From IMG/VR virus record IMGVR_UViG_3300033075_001214, positions 6,052-70,051 of that record: 64,000 nt of DNA. One strand, 5' to 3'. The translations under genes and the position numbers were made by a program. This DNA comes from a virus (lineage: Duplodnaviria; Caudoviricetes). Below are positions 1 through 8,818 of this stretch, one piece after another (the stretch's first letter is position 1; each line of letters starts with the position of its first letter). A model generated the notes under the pieces. It had not been told where the DNA came from. It did not search any database and worked only from the letters and a program-made list of their open reading frames with translations.

Positions 1-36
1 CCAGTACTCAGGAGGTAACTTTACTTGGTTTATCAT
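1..36 (-). CDS. Possible 5' end of a leftward gene running off the window (MINQVKLPPEYW...)
   Basis: ATG at 36-34 on the minus strand, open to the window edge, divergent from the early genes. Confidence 0.3.
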   Translation of the reverse strand, partial: MINQVKLPPEYW

Positions 37-598
37 ATATTGGTCAATCATCATAACAAATAACGTTGTTATTCCAATATCAAGCAAGTTTTTGGTGATT
101 TTTTATCAATTCTTTGATTTCAGCCTAATTTGGCACTTTCTCTCATTTTACTAATGCCTCTTTTTGAGTGAATTTTAGTTTAAACTGTATAACTGCACTA
201 ATATAAATATGTTATTATTAATAATACTGTACTTATATAGACTACCGTAGCCAGTTTAAACTTTTTTTCTCATATTTTTAACCTCCAACTAACCCATAAA
301 GTACCCCCAAAAAAGTGACAAAACAACCCACAATCTTACATCACTTTTTTGCCCCAATTTTGACTTCTGCAACCTTATCCATACCTTCACTTCCAATGAA
401 AAATCCCACGCTCTTACACCCCCGCGCCCGGTGCTATAAAGTGTCCCGGTCGTTTCCTGGTTTGGGCTATCGACTTTTGACCCTCCCGGGTGTGCTATTT
501 TACACAGATCGACTTTTGAACATAATGTATTTACCTGATAATCAATCAGTTAGGACTCTATTTAACATAATACTAATTATATAACAGATCGTAATGCC

Positions 599-1114
599 AT
601 GGTAAAAGACGCAAACAGCCCGAAAGAGGGGAGAAACGACAATCGGAGAGATCAGGACGCGCGCGAGATAGTGCCGGGACATGTGTATAATCGCTTAAAC
701 GAATATACTAACCCATTAGCCAAAAAGGTTAATGAGCTACAAATCCATAATAAGACGATCCGAACGATAGCAAGTAAATACCCAGGTATGCATGCCAACA
801 TGATGCAAAGCCTATCAATAGTCGAAACGTATTTAATACTTCATAATAGACAGAGCCAGAATATAGAAACAATTTTAGACTGGTCGGGCGCTTCAATCCC
901 ATGGAAAAGGAAAGTAGGATCGGGTATAACCGAATTAATTTTAGAAGGCTATTTGATAACGAAAAAAAAGAGTATAACAATAAGCGAAGAAGGATTAAGG
1001 ATATTACAGGATTACAATACTATATTTGAAGAGAGTAAACAAATATACATAGACCGAGCGATAAAGGCAGCCGCTAAAAAGAAAGATAAAAATAAATTCC
1101 CTGATAATCAATAA
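599..1114 (+). CDS. Putative winged-helix (MarR-like) DNA-binding protein
   Basis: 171 aa; helix-turn-helix-wing pattern GITELILEGYLITKKKSITISEEGLRILQDY. Confidence 0.55.
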   Translation: MVKDANSPKEGRNDNRRDQDAREIVPGHVYNRLNEYTNPLAKKVNELQIHNKTIRTIASKYPGMHANMMQSLSIVETYLILHNRQSQNIETILDWSGASIPWKRKVGSGITELILEGYLITKKKSITISEEGLRILQDYNTIFEESKQIYIDRAIKAAAKKKDKNKFPDNQ

Positions 1115-1202
1115 GTTATAAAATAGTTGTTGCTTTATATATATATATTTATATATATTTACAGCATAATTAAACGGAAGCCGAACCGGAGCCAGGCACA
1201 AG

Positions 1203-1361
1203 ATGAAAACTTTACAGATAGGCGACACATACACAACGACAACAGGCAGCCAGGTAACAGTAAGACGCGCAGTAACAAAACACATGTTTATTGTTTCCTA
1301 TGGGTTCAACAGCCAAGGTAAGGACGTGACCGGAATGATCCACACCAGTTTAATAAAATAA
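1203..1361 (+). CDS. Small early protein, 52 aa (below ORF-track cutoff)
   Basis: Manually translated MKTLQIGDTY...SLIK*; A-rich leader; tiles with neighbours. Confidence 0.55.
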   Translation: MKTLQIGDTYTTTTGSQVTVRRAVTKHMFIVSYGFNSQGKDVTGMIHTSLIK

Positions 1362-1399
1362 AAATCTAAATGCGAGGGGAGGCATACAACCCCGACAAG

Positions 1400-1546
1400 A
1401 TGAAAACTTTAATTAATACACTCAACACGAGCGAGACGGCCGCGAAGGTAGCCGCTGGGATTGTAAACTTTGCCATCGCAGTAAGCGGAAGCACGTTTGT
1501 AATTTATGTAATCTACACGGCCGGACAGGCGCTAAATTATTGGTAA
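1400..1546 (+). CDS. Small membrane protein, 48 aa
   Basis: Manually translated MKTLINTL...GIVNFAIAVSGSTFVIYVIYTAGQALNYW*; one hydrophobic segment. Confidence 0.6.
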   Translation: MKTLINTLNTSETAAKVAAGIVNFAIAVSGSTFVIYVIYTAGQALNYW

Positions 1547-1548
1547 TA

Positions 1549-1710
1549 ATGGACCAACAGCCCCAGACCGAGCGCGAACGGATAACCCAGATAAAACAGG
1601 CGTTTGAAATGGGTTTAAAGATCGTAACCAAGCAACCGAAGCCGAACAAGCCGAGGACAGAAGCGCCACTATTTGGAGAATTTAACGCAGTACAAACGAA
1701 ACTATTTTAA
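1549..1710 (+). CDS. Small early protein, 53 aa
   Basis: Manually translated MDQQPQTERE...QTKLF*; 2-3 nt gaps to neighbouring ORFs. Confidence 0.55.
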   Translation: MDQQPQTERERITQIKQAFEMGLKIVTKQPKPNKPRTEAPLFGEFNAVQTKLF

Positions 1711-1713
1711 GGT

Positions 1714-1908
1714 ATGAAATCGCTATTTAATTACTATGTAGTAGACCGCAAGAGCGGAGTAAGTTACACGCCTATAATAGTAGGAAGTCAGGCGATAATT
1801 GCCACCGGAAACCGCGCGACAGATCCAACAGTAAAGCGAATTGACTTAAAGCTACTATTTAAAGGCCTTGCAGAAAGGCGCTACCGATTGACACCAAGAA
1901 CAATTTAA
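1714..1908 (+). CDS. Hypothetical early protein
   Basis: ORF track; operon tiling. Confidence 0.6.
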   Translation: MKSLFNYYVVDRKSGVSYTPIIVGSQAIIATGNRATDPTVKRIDLKLLFKGLAERRYRLTPRTI

Positions 1909-1934
1909 TTAAATAACCTTTAAACAAATGACCA

Positions 1935-2999
1935 ATGAACACATTTAGAAAGTATTGCCCAAATGTTTTTGTAGCCCAATGCACAGAACAACACCAAAAA
2001 GGAGAAGTTATAACACTTACAACCAAGTATGGAAAAGAAGTTGAGAACGAAGTACATAATTTTTTAGGCCAAACAAAAGACGGGTTTTTTCTGTACTCGA
2101 TAACCCGCACAGACGGCACCAACAGCCAGACAAGAGCAGCCGCCAAAGCTGAAAAGTTGGAAGGATACGCCAGTAACGCAGAAAAAAGAGCGGATAACTA
2201 CTATCAGGCAAGCCAGGAGGGGAAAGATTTTTTAAGCCTTGGAGAACCTATAAAAGTAGGACACCACAGCGAGCGAAGACACAGAAAGTTAATTGAGCGC
2301 AATTGGTCCCGTATGGGTAAAAGCGTAGCAGAGACGGAGAAGGCGAAAGAGTATGAAAGACGCGCAGAATATTGGAGCGCGCGCGCTAACAAAATTGATT
2401 TATCAATGCCGGATAGTTTAGAGTTTTTTGAATTCGAACTAGAGAAGGCCCGAAAATACCACCAGCACCTAAAAGACAACCCAGAGCAGCGAAGACACTC
2501 TATGAGTTTACAGTATGCAAACAAGGCAGCAAAAGATATTGAAACAAAATTGAAAATTGCCGTTAAACTTTGGGGAGGAGACGAAGACCAAGAAGAGCAA
2601 CAGCCCGAGCAGAAGACAATAGAAGAAATCAAAAAAGACAAGGAAGACGCGACAACAAAATTATTTGAGGAGTGCCGGGTATTTTTTGCATTCAGTGACG
2701 AGCAACTAAAGGAAGGGTTAAAAAAATATCCATTGATCGAAGGGGACAAACTTGTAAGTATTGGAGCTGGTGGGTATTGCCCCAAATCCAAAGCTGAAGA
2801 TTTAAAGAACGGTTTTAAACAAATCGAAAAGGATTATAAAAAAGCCGTTCAGGAGAACAAGCAAAGAAAGGCTAATATCTTGTATGAGCTAAAAAACCGC
2901 GAGGCGTTTTATACTGGAGAGATTGACGAGACGGCCGAGGCGTTAGGCGAAGACTACACACGCGAAGAAGTACAAGAAGTTTTTAACGAAAATCAATAA
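1935..2999 (+). CDS. DUF3560-domain protein with an additional C-terminal domain
   Basis: Signature LGEPIKVGHHSERRHRKLIER; C-terminal FFAFSDEQLKEG module. Confidence 0.85.
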   Translation: MNTFRKYCPNVFVAQCTEQHQKGEVITLTTKYGKEVENEVHNFLGQTKDGFFLYSITRTDGTNSQTRAAAKAEKLEGYASNAEKRADNYYQASQEGKDFLSLGEPIKVGHHSERRHRKLIERNWSRMGKSVAETEKAKEYERRAEYWSARANKIDLSMPDSLEFFEFELEKARKYHQHLKDNPEQRRHSMSLQYANKAAKDIETKLKIAVKLWGGDEDQEEQQPEQKTIEEIKKDKEDATTKLFEECRVFFAFSDEQLKEGLKKYPLIEGDKLVSIGAGGYCPKSKAEDLKNGFKQIEKDYKKAVQENKQRKANILYELKNREAFYTGEIDETAEALGEDYTREEVQEVFNENQ

Positions 3000-3003
3000 A
3001 TCC

Positions 3004-3315
3004 ATGAAAACAACGCTATTAAATCCGTTCTCTATAAGACTCAAGAAGCCGCCATTTATGGAAATGAGAACGGATCCAATATTTGAAAACGGTAATTTTA
3101 AAATTTATCAGTATTGTGATCAATACTTTATCCACACCTTTAAAAATATTGTGATTGCTGAGAGATGCAAACCAAACCCCACAATTTTCACCAACATAAA
3201 GGGAGAGACGCAACCAACCGAAGAAGCAGACATTTACCACCAGTTAGAACGCCCGCGCCAGGCAATGACTGAAGGCGTACAGGAGGCTAAAAAATTAAAA
3301 TTTGTAGTAAGATGA
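3004..3315 (+). CDS. Hypothetical early protein
   Basis: ORF track; tiling. Confidence 0.7.
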   Translation: MKTTLLNPFSIRLKKPPFMEMRTDPIFENGNFKIYQYCDQYFIHTFKNIVIAERCKPNPTIFTNIKGETQPTEEADIYHQLERPRQAMTEGVQEAKKLKFVVR

Positions 3316-3479
3316 AAGCTTATAAAATCAAATTTACCGGACGCTTAAAAAATGCAATCGGTAAGACGTACAGCCACACGATAACGGTAAAAGCAGAAAG
3401 TGAAGAAGCCGCGCGCCTGAAGATATACGACACGCACGACCACGCCAGTAATATAAAAATTAAACTATTGAAGCTATGA
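3312..3479 (+). CDS. Small early protein, 55 aa
   Basis: Manually translated MKAYKIKFTG...LLKL*; ATGA overlaps at both ends. Confidence 0.65.
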   Translation: MKAYKIKFTGRLKNAIGKTYSHTITVKAESEEAARLKIYDTHDHASNIKIKLLKL

Positions 3480-3664
3480 CAACGACCGAGAAATTTGATA
3501 CCATTTATGAAAGTTTTATAAATGGGCAGCGGACACAGACCCGCGAGCAATTCAAGAAGCTAACGAAACCCCAGCGCAAAGAGTTAATTAATTATTTGCG
3601 CGATGAATTCGACAACGTAGAGACCGCGACCGAGTGCAGAGAGTTTTTAATATCCATTTTATAA
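3476..3664 (+). CDS. Hypothetical early protein
   Basis: ORF track; ATGA overlap. Confidence 0.7.
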   Translation: MTTTEKFDTIYESFINGQRTQTREQFKKLTKPQRKELINYLRDEFDNVETATECREFLISIL

Positions 3665-3667
3665 CCC

Positions 3668-3696
3668 GAGCAAGCCCGGAGCAATCCGGGCAGCTC
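3668..3696 (+). promoter_or_regulatory. Intergenic GCAA-tetraloop hairpin without a U-tract
   Basis: gagc-aa-gcccgga GCAA tccgggc-a-gctc. Confidence 0.5.
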
Positions 3697-3712
3697 AAAA
3701 CCTTTTAAAAGT

Positions 3713-3988
3713 ATGAGTAAGTATATAAGAACAACACTAAAAAATTTCAGCGAGTTAACCGCCCGCCAAGTACTACACGCCCGCGACATCTTAGGAGAGG
3801 ACGCAGAAGAAACGCAGTGGGTAACAGACCCCACAGATAAAAACGCATGTTTACCGCTTTGCAATTTTATGCGCGCGCAGAATTCAAAACTTTGGGACGG
3901 GTTTTTTGGGGTGAGTTATTTCAGCGGCTATTTTATAAAGTTAGACCGAAGCCAGGAAATAGCTACTGTGGGTTACAGACATTGGTAA
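3713..3988 (+). CDS. Hypothetical early protein
   Basis: ORF track; WDG..G.SYFSG motif typical of small phage proteins. Confidence 0.7.
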   Translation: MSKYIRTTLKNFSELTARQVLHARDILGEDAEETQWVTDPTDKNACLPLCNFMRAQNSKLWDGFFGVSYFSGYFIKLDRSQEIATVGYRHW

Positions 3989-4011
3989 TGCAAACTAATT
4001 TTTAGAAAGCC

Positions 4012-4485
4012 ATGAAAGCAGAAATTCGAGATTATAAGTTAGATCCGCCATTTAACACAAACAGAGTTTATCAGGCGATTTTTGTCGATGGAGTAAAGAC
4101 CAATTTTTGGAGATTGAAACACCCCCAGCCAACAGACTTTTTAATTAACAAAAGTCTGCAGGACCTTGAGACCTTTTGCAGAATGATAAATGAAGGAGTA
4201 TTAAAACCCAGCAGCGAACTAGAGAGCTTTGATATTTGCAATTTTACTAAATGGAAACCCAAGAAAGTAAAAGTAATCCAGGCAGGAGAACAAGAGGAGC
4301 CCGATTATACGCAAAAACTATTTACCATATCCGGAAGCCCGCCAGACGTTGAAGAAGTAACCAAGAAAGCAGCTGAAAAACATTTTACCCAATATACAAA
4401 AATCGTAAACCGCGAAGCCGGGAAAATCCGGGACACCTGTTTAGTGATTTTATACGCCCGCGGAAGTTCATTTTATGCAATCTAA
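4012..4485 (+). CDS. Hypothetical early protein
   Basis: ORF track. Confidence 0.7.
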   Translation: MKAEIRDYKLDPPFNTNRVYQAIFVDGVKTNFWRLKHPQPTDFLINKSLQDLETFCRMINEGVLKPSSELESFDICNFTKWKPKKVKVIQAGEQEEPDYTQKLFTISGSPPDVEEVTKKAAEKHFTQYTKIVNREAGKIRDTCLVILYARGSSFYAI

Positions 4486-4513
4486 TTTTTAAACCAACAA
4501 AACGACCAAAAAC

Positions 4514-4930
4514 ATGAAAACAGTTTCAGATTTTAAGAAAGCCCTACAAGTAGGTACTAAGCTACACACAATATTTCATTGTGAAGCCAAGCGAGACGAG
4601 ACCGGCAACGTGTTAAGAGATCCGGACGGGTTACCAGTCTACACAGACAAAGACCTGGGAACCGCACCCGTGACAATTGTACAGACAACACAATTTGCCA
4701 TTGAGAGAACATGGAAAGACGGCACTAAAAAAGACAGCTGGTGTAAATACCCGAAGGCAAGCGAATGTGAAGTGAAAGAAAATAGTATAACTATTTTCGA
4801 AGACAACGACCGGAGAGGAAAAATAAAGGTTTTAACCTATACAATTGTAACCGCAACAGCCGCAGAGCGCACCAAATACGCAGGCATGACCACTGAAGAG
4901 AAAAGAACATACACAAATTCAGACCGATAA
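4514..4930 (+). CDS. Hypothetical early protein
   Basis: ORF track; AAAACGACCAA leader. Confidence 0.75.
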   Translation: MKTVSDFKKALQVGTKLHTIFHCEAKRDETGNVLRDPDGLPVYTDKDLGTAPVTIVQTTQFAIERTWKDGTKKDSWCKYPKASECEVKENSITIFEDNDRRGKIKVLTYTIVTATAAERTKYAGMTTEEKRTYTNSDR

Positions 4931-4933
4931 GCC

Positions 4934-5104
4934 ATGCAAACTATTTTAGAAGAGTTAACCACCAAGAAGGAGTTAATATTTAACCCGGAGACGTTAACAC
5001 ACGCACAGCGCGAGGAAATAATCCAAGCGAAGTACAGAGAAGATATTTATTTAACAGCCACACCAGACGGCAAATGGAAAGTTTGGAAACGAATTTTTAA
5101 CTAA
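4934..5104 (+). CDS. Small early protein, 56 aa
   Basis: Manually translated MQTILEELTT...WKRIFN*; fills the gap between genes. Confidence 0.6.
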   Translation: MQTILEELTTKKELIFNPETLTHAQREEIIQAKYREDIYLTATPDGKWKVWKRIFN

Positions 5105-5111
5105 TCAATTT

Positions 5112-5729
5112 ATGAAAACGCAACAATTTTCAAACCTCATTCAGATTGCAACCGGAAGGAATTTTCAGATTGCAACCGACAAAGAAGAGCTAACAAACGA
5201 AATGGATTATTTTGTTTACAGGATATTACCCGTAACAGGCAGGAAAATTTCATTCAAATGGACAGCGCCCAAGTCAGAAGAAAAATATCTAAGGTCATTT
5301 ATTACGGCCTTTACAACAAAGTACAGAGAGCCAAACCCAGCAGCATACAACCACGGCCCAGAATATTGTTATGGTGCCAGCAAATGGACAGACAAGACAC
5401 CAGAACAGCAAGAGGCAGCATATTACCACCACGCCAGTAATATGTACTCCAAAAAAGATTTAATGAACCAGGTTGAAGCTAATTTCAATAACCCAGGAAT
5501 AACAGCCGGACTAAATCGATACGGGTTTTATGCTACAGAATATGGAATAGGAACCTTTGTACTTTTTGCGACCCGATATGTAGAGCAAAGTATTTTTGAA
5601 ATGGCAGCCTATTTAAAACGCCAGGGGATTGCATTCAGTAACGAGTATTCAGACGCCCGTTGGGTTTTACGGTTTAAGATTAACGCCAGTAAGACCATAC
5701 ACGAAAACATTTTAGCATCATTTAATTAA
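5112..5729 (+). CDS. Hypothetical early protein
   Basis: ORF track, 205 aa. Confidence 0.75.
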   Translation: MKTQQFSNLIQIATGRNFQIATDKEELTNEMDYFVYRILPVTGRKISFKWTAPKSEEKYLRSFITAFTTKYREPNPAAYNHGPEYCYGASKWTDKTPEQQEAAYYHHASNMYSKKDLMNQVEANFNNPGITAGLNRYGFYATEYGIGTFVLFATRYVEQSIFEMAAYLKRQGIAFSNEYSDARWVLRFKINASKTIHENILASFN

Positions 5730-5735
5730 GACACC

Positions 5736-5945
5736 ATGAAGCCAGGAACCAGAATTTTATTTTCGAACGCAACCACACGCGAACACGCAGGAAGCCGCGA
5801 GCCTTTTTGGGGTAAGATTAAGGACACGTTGATACGAAACGGCCACACCGTTTATTTGACTGAATATTTGCAGCCAAGTAAGTACGGAGACCAGAGCACA
5901 CTAACAACGGTGAGACCGCACCAGATCGAAATGATTGAAGACTAA
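5736..5945 (+). CDS. Hypothetical early protein
   Basis: ORF track. Confidence 0.7.
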   Translation: MKPGTRILFSNATTREHAGSREPFWGKIKDTLIRNGHTVYLTEYLQPSKYGDQSTLTTVRPHQIEMIED

Positions 5946-5971
5946 GCAAACTAAATTTTAAAACGACCAAT

Positions 5972-6163
5972 ATGGAAACGATAGTATTTCAAATCGAATT
6001 AAATGACGGACGAGTATTTAGGGTATTTTGTGCCAATGCAACACAGAAGAAAAAGGTTATTGAAAGTTACTACAAGATTAAAGAGAAGGTGAAGGAGATA
6101 CGAACGGTAACCAACGGAGTACACACGCACCAGCAGTATGAGAAACTATTAACAACATTTTAA
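5972..6163 (+). CDS. Hypothetical early protein
   Basis: ORF track; TTTTAAAACGACCAA leader. Confidence 0.7.
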   Translation: METIVFQIELNDGRVFRVFCANATQKKKVIESYYKIKEKVKEIRTVTNGVHTHQQYEKLLTTF

Positions 6164-6174
6164 AACGACCAACT

Positions 6175-6405
6175 ATGAGTACAGGCCATTTAGTAAGACC
6201 AGACGGCACGATTAAGACCGAGCCGCACAAGCCAGGCAACGCCAACGGACTGCAGAAGCGATTAAGAGAATTGTACCTTGAGTATGTGAATGATCACTTG
6301 AGTCTATTTCACATTGCAGAACATTACGGACTTGATCCGGTAGACATAGACCAATTGATACATATCGGGAGAAAATTACACCAAGAATTTACGAACCATG
6401 ACTAA
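6175..6405 (+). CDS. Hypothetical early protein
   Basis: ORF track; TTTTAAAACGACCAA leader. Confidence 0.7.
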   Translation: MSTGHLVRPDGTIKTEPHKPGNANGLQKRLRELYLEYVNDHLSLFHIAEHYGLDPVDIDQLIHIGRKLHQEFTNHD

Positions 6406-6670
6406 GCAAACTAATTCCATAGACCTGAGCGAACTAAAAATAGGCGACAAAATTACGCACTATTGTTTTGGTCATCTTGTAGAGGGGACAGTCATCCAGA
6501 CGGACGGCATAGGCGTATGTACCAAGCACGAACCGATAAGATGGGGTAATGATGTATGTATTGAAACATGGATACAGCCCAGCGCCTATTTGCAGAAGAA
6601 ATGGGGAGCAGAAACCACGCCCGGAGCATGGTATAAAGGAGAGAGATTAAAATGTAAAGTAACAAGGTAA
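6398..6670 (+). CDS. Hypothetical early protein
   Basis: ORF track; overlaps with neighbours. Confidence 0.7.
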   Translation: MTKQTNSIDLSELKIGDKITHYCFGHLVEGTVIQTDGIGVCTKHEPIRWGNDVCIETWIQPSAYLQKKWGAETTPGAWYKGERLKCKVTR

Positions 6671-6975
6671 TGCCGTACACAACCGAGCGCGAGAAGCTAG
6701 ACAGTAAATTCCTGAAGAGGAGCGCTAAGTTAATTGAATGCCAGCGAGCAATGGTTCATTGGTGGCATGAGAAAGGTATGAGTATCCACAGTATAAGCAA
6801 ACTATTTAAGGTGAGCCGAAGATCCGTACAATTCATTTTATATCCGGACAGACACGTTAAGAACTTAGAAGATCGAGCAAAGCGAGGAGGAAGTAAGCAA
6901 TACTATGATCGGGAAAAGCATAATGAAGCTATGAATAACCATAGACGTTATAAACACAAGATATTAAAAAAGTAA
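6670..6975 (+). CDS. Helix-turn-helix DNA-binding protein
   Basis: GMSIHSISKLFKVSRRSVQFIL HTH pattern; basic C-terminus. Confidence 0.7.
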   Translation: MPYTTEREKLDSKFLKRSAKLIECQRAMVHWWHEKGMSIHSISKLFKVSRRSVQFILYPDRHVKNLEDRAKRGGSKQYYDREKHNEAMNNHRRYKHKILKK

Positions 6976-6979
6976 AGGC

Positions 6980-7023
6980 CCGGGGGAGTTTAAAACTTGG
7001 TCGTCTCTCCCGGTGTCCTTTTT
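6980..7023 (+). terminator. Probable intrinsic terminator with a 16-nt loop
   Basis: ccgggggag / ctctcccgg stem followed by a T-run. Confidence 0.5.
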
Positions 7024-7039
7024 AAAGCAAACTAATTTT

Positions 7040-7195
7040 ATGAATCTATACGAGTACACAATTGCATGGTCAAAAATCAAACACATGATGGAACCAAAAA
7101 TACCTATTTACACAGTCCAATGGAATCACCACCAATGGACCTTCACAGACGAGGCGGAAGCATGGAAATTTGCAAACTACTGGGGACTACTATGA
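7040..7195 (+). CDS. Small early protein, 51 aa
   Basis: ATG at 7040 within track ORF 7013..7195. Confidence 0.6.
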   Translation: MNLYEYTIAWSKIKHMMEPKIPIYTVQWNHHQWTFTDEAEAWKFANYWGLL

Positions 7196-7416
7196 AAACT
7201 ATATTTCTGTTACTATTACTAATCGCCTGCTCAGAGCCGGTGAAGTACGAAGAGACGCTGATTCGAATCACAGCGATTGAAGAGACGGCCACCGGATGTA
7301 CGTACAGCGTTGAAGCCGTAGTGCCCTACCAGCCGTACATAAAGACGCAAATCGAAGAGGATTGCGGCAAATACCAGGTAGGCGATAAAATTACAGTCCG
7401 TTGGATTGCTAATTAA
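7192..7416 (+). CDS. Small lipoprotein
   Basis: MKTIFLLLLLIAC lipobox; ATGA overlap (track ORF starts at 7066). Confidence 0.7.
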   Translation: MKTIFLLLLLIACSEPVKYEETLIRITAIEETATGCTYSVEAVVPYQPYIKTQIEEDCGKYQVGDKITVRWIAN

Positions 7417-7438
7417 CTAAAAACGAATATATTTGTTT

Positions 7439-7660
7439 ATGAAAAACTTAGATAGAATTTTTGCCGTGCTCAAGTCGTTAGGCTATGAGATCACTTTGGA
7501 GGAGAAACTGAAGGACTACCTGGATAGCTTGGACCTTGTTGAATTCGTCATGATGATTGAACAAGAGTTCAAGATCGTAGTCACTAACGAGGAGATCGCA
7601 GGAATCGTAACGGTGGAGGATGTATTGAAACTTGTCAACAAGAAACTAGATGCAAACTAA
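7439..7660 (+). CDS. acpP: Acyl carrier protein (phosphopantetheine-binding)
   Basis: LDSLDLVEFVMMIEQEFKI contains the D-S-L attachment motif; acidic, 73 aa; ...TVEDVLKLV C-terminal helix. Confidence 0.85.
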   Translation: MKNLDRIFAVLKSLGYEITLEEKLKDYLDSLDLVEFVMMIEQEFKIVVTNEEIAGIVTVEDVLKLVNKKLDAN

Positions 7661-7883
7661 TTTACTGTTATCCCAGACAGGGGCAGTGGCCCTATACCTT
7701 GCTGATCCAAGTAATTCGCAATTGGATTCAATAAACTATGGCAAGCCAACTGGAGGAGTTATTCGAGATGATAAGGCTTTCTTGCAGATTAATAATGGCG
7801 TATTGATTATTCCATCCGATAGAAGTTATAAGCGGTTCATTTCAAACTCATGGTATAACGACATAAACACAGACGAGTTATGA
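7650..7883 (+). CDS. Hypothetical protein
   Basis: ORF track; overlap tiling. Confidence 0.65.
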   Translation: MQTNLLLSQTGAVALYLADPSNSQLDSINYGKPTGGVIRDDKAFLQINNGVLIIPSDRSYKRFISNSWYNDINTDEL

Positions 7884-8098
7884 CTATATGCATGCCCAAT
7901 GAATGCACCTATCCCAATTGTCCATGCCCGCATCAACCGCTATATCGCATGCAAACTAATTTCGAAAAACCGTCCTATCAGGAACAGTTGAATTTTCTGG
8001 ATAGTTTGGGTGACAGCGTAATGATCCGGGCAATTAAGGAAAATGTAATCACTGTAAGAAACTTAGATTATGAGAAAGCCCCGCATCGCCAATCGTAA
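7880..8098 (+). CDS. Hypothetical protein with an N-terminal Cys cluster
   Basis: CMPNECTYPNCPC. Confidence 0.6.
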   Translation: MTICMPNECTYPNCPCPHQPLYRMQTNFEKPSYQEQLNFLDSLGDSVMIRAIKENVITVRNLDYEKAPHRQS

Positions 8099-8312
8099 TC
8101 CCGTGGTCCTGGAGACCTACACGCGCAGATATTACCGGGCGCATGAGATACCCGAAGTGTTAGGCATGACGCTGGAGGCATTTAATCACATCTATGAGCA
8201 ATTGACTGGAGAAACGTTCCCGCGCGGCCCCTCAAGAATTCCGGTTAAGGCAGTGGAATTAGTTCAGCAAGTCCAGGCAATGAAGAAGGAAGGTAAACAG
8301 ATCACGAAATAA
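8070..8312 (+). CDS. Putative HTH DNA-binding protein
   Basis: YYRAHEIPEVLGMTLEAF pattern. Confidence 0.55.
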   Translation: MRKPRIANRNPVVLETYTRRYYRAHEIPEVLGMTLEAFNHIYEQLTGETFPRGPSRIPVKAVELVQQVQAMKKEGKQITK

Positions 8313-8322
8313 AGAGATACTT

Positions 8323-8637
8323 ATGACAACAGATAAAGAGGAACTAAAAGATTTAAAGTTTTACATGAATAACGCAATGGATGATTTTGTAAGTACACCT
8401 ATAAGCGTCCTTCGTTATATCACAGAATTGGAATCTAAACTCGAAGCCAAAGACAAGGAGATTAAAAAGCTGAAAGAACAGGTATTAATCGGAGATATTT
8501 ATGCCGACTCAGTAGCCCGTGATGCGTTTGACGCTGGTTGGAGATTTAGACAAACCGAGATAGGCATAAGACCAGAGTCATCACAAGATAAAGACACTTA
8601 TTTTAAGCAATGGAATAAAACCATAATACCAACCTAA
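8323..8637 (+). CDS. Hypothetical coiled-coil protein
   Basis: ORF track. Confidence 0.7.
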   Translation: MTTDKEELKDLKFYMNNAMDDFVSTPISVLRYITELESKLEAKDKEIKKLKEQVLIGDIYADSVARDAFDAGWRFRQTEIGIRPESSQDKDTYFKQWNKTIIPT

Positions 8638-8644
8638 GTGAAAT

Positions 8645-8818
8645 ATGAAAGTTGAAACAGTTATAACAATTAGCTTGAAAACATCAAAAGAAGTATTTGA
8701 ATCTAAAGAGTTTCAAGATGTTATTAATAGTATCAAAACAGGAGAGATGAAAAGAGAATTTGAAAAGAGCCTTAAAATGAAGGCCGCATGTACCTATTGG
8801 ACTAATTATAAGCCATGA
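8645..8818 (+). CDS. Small protein, 57 aa
   Basis: Manually translated MKVETVITIS...YKP*; ATGA overlap with the next gene. Confidence 0.6.
   Translation: MKVETVITISLKTSKEVFESKEFQDVINSIKTGEMKREFEKSLKMKAACTYWTNYKP

Noticed and set aside
315-584. 89-aa ORF in the divergent intergenic region
   Set aside because: GTG start, low-complexity T/C-rich sequence, overlaps repeat motifs, no protein-like pattern
1201-1411. 14-bp direct repeat AGATGAAAACTTTA (1201 and 1398)
   Set aside because: Explained by two small genes both starting MKTL
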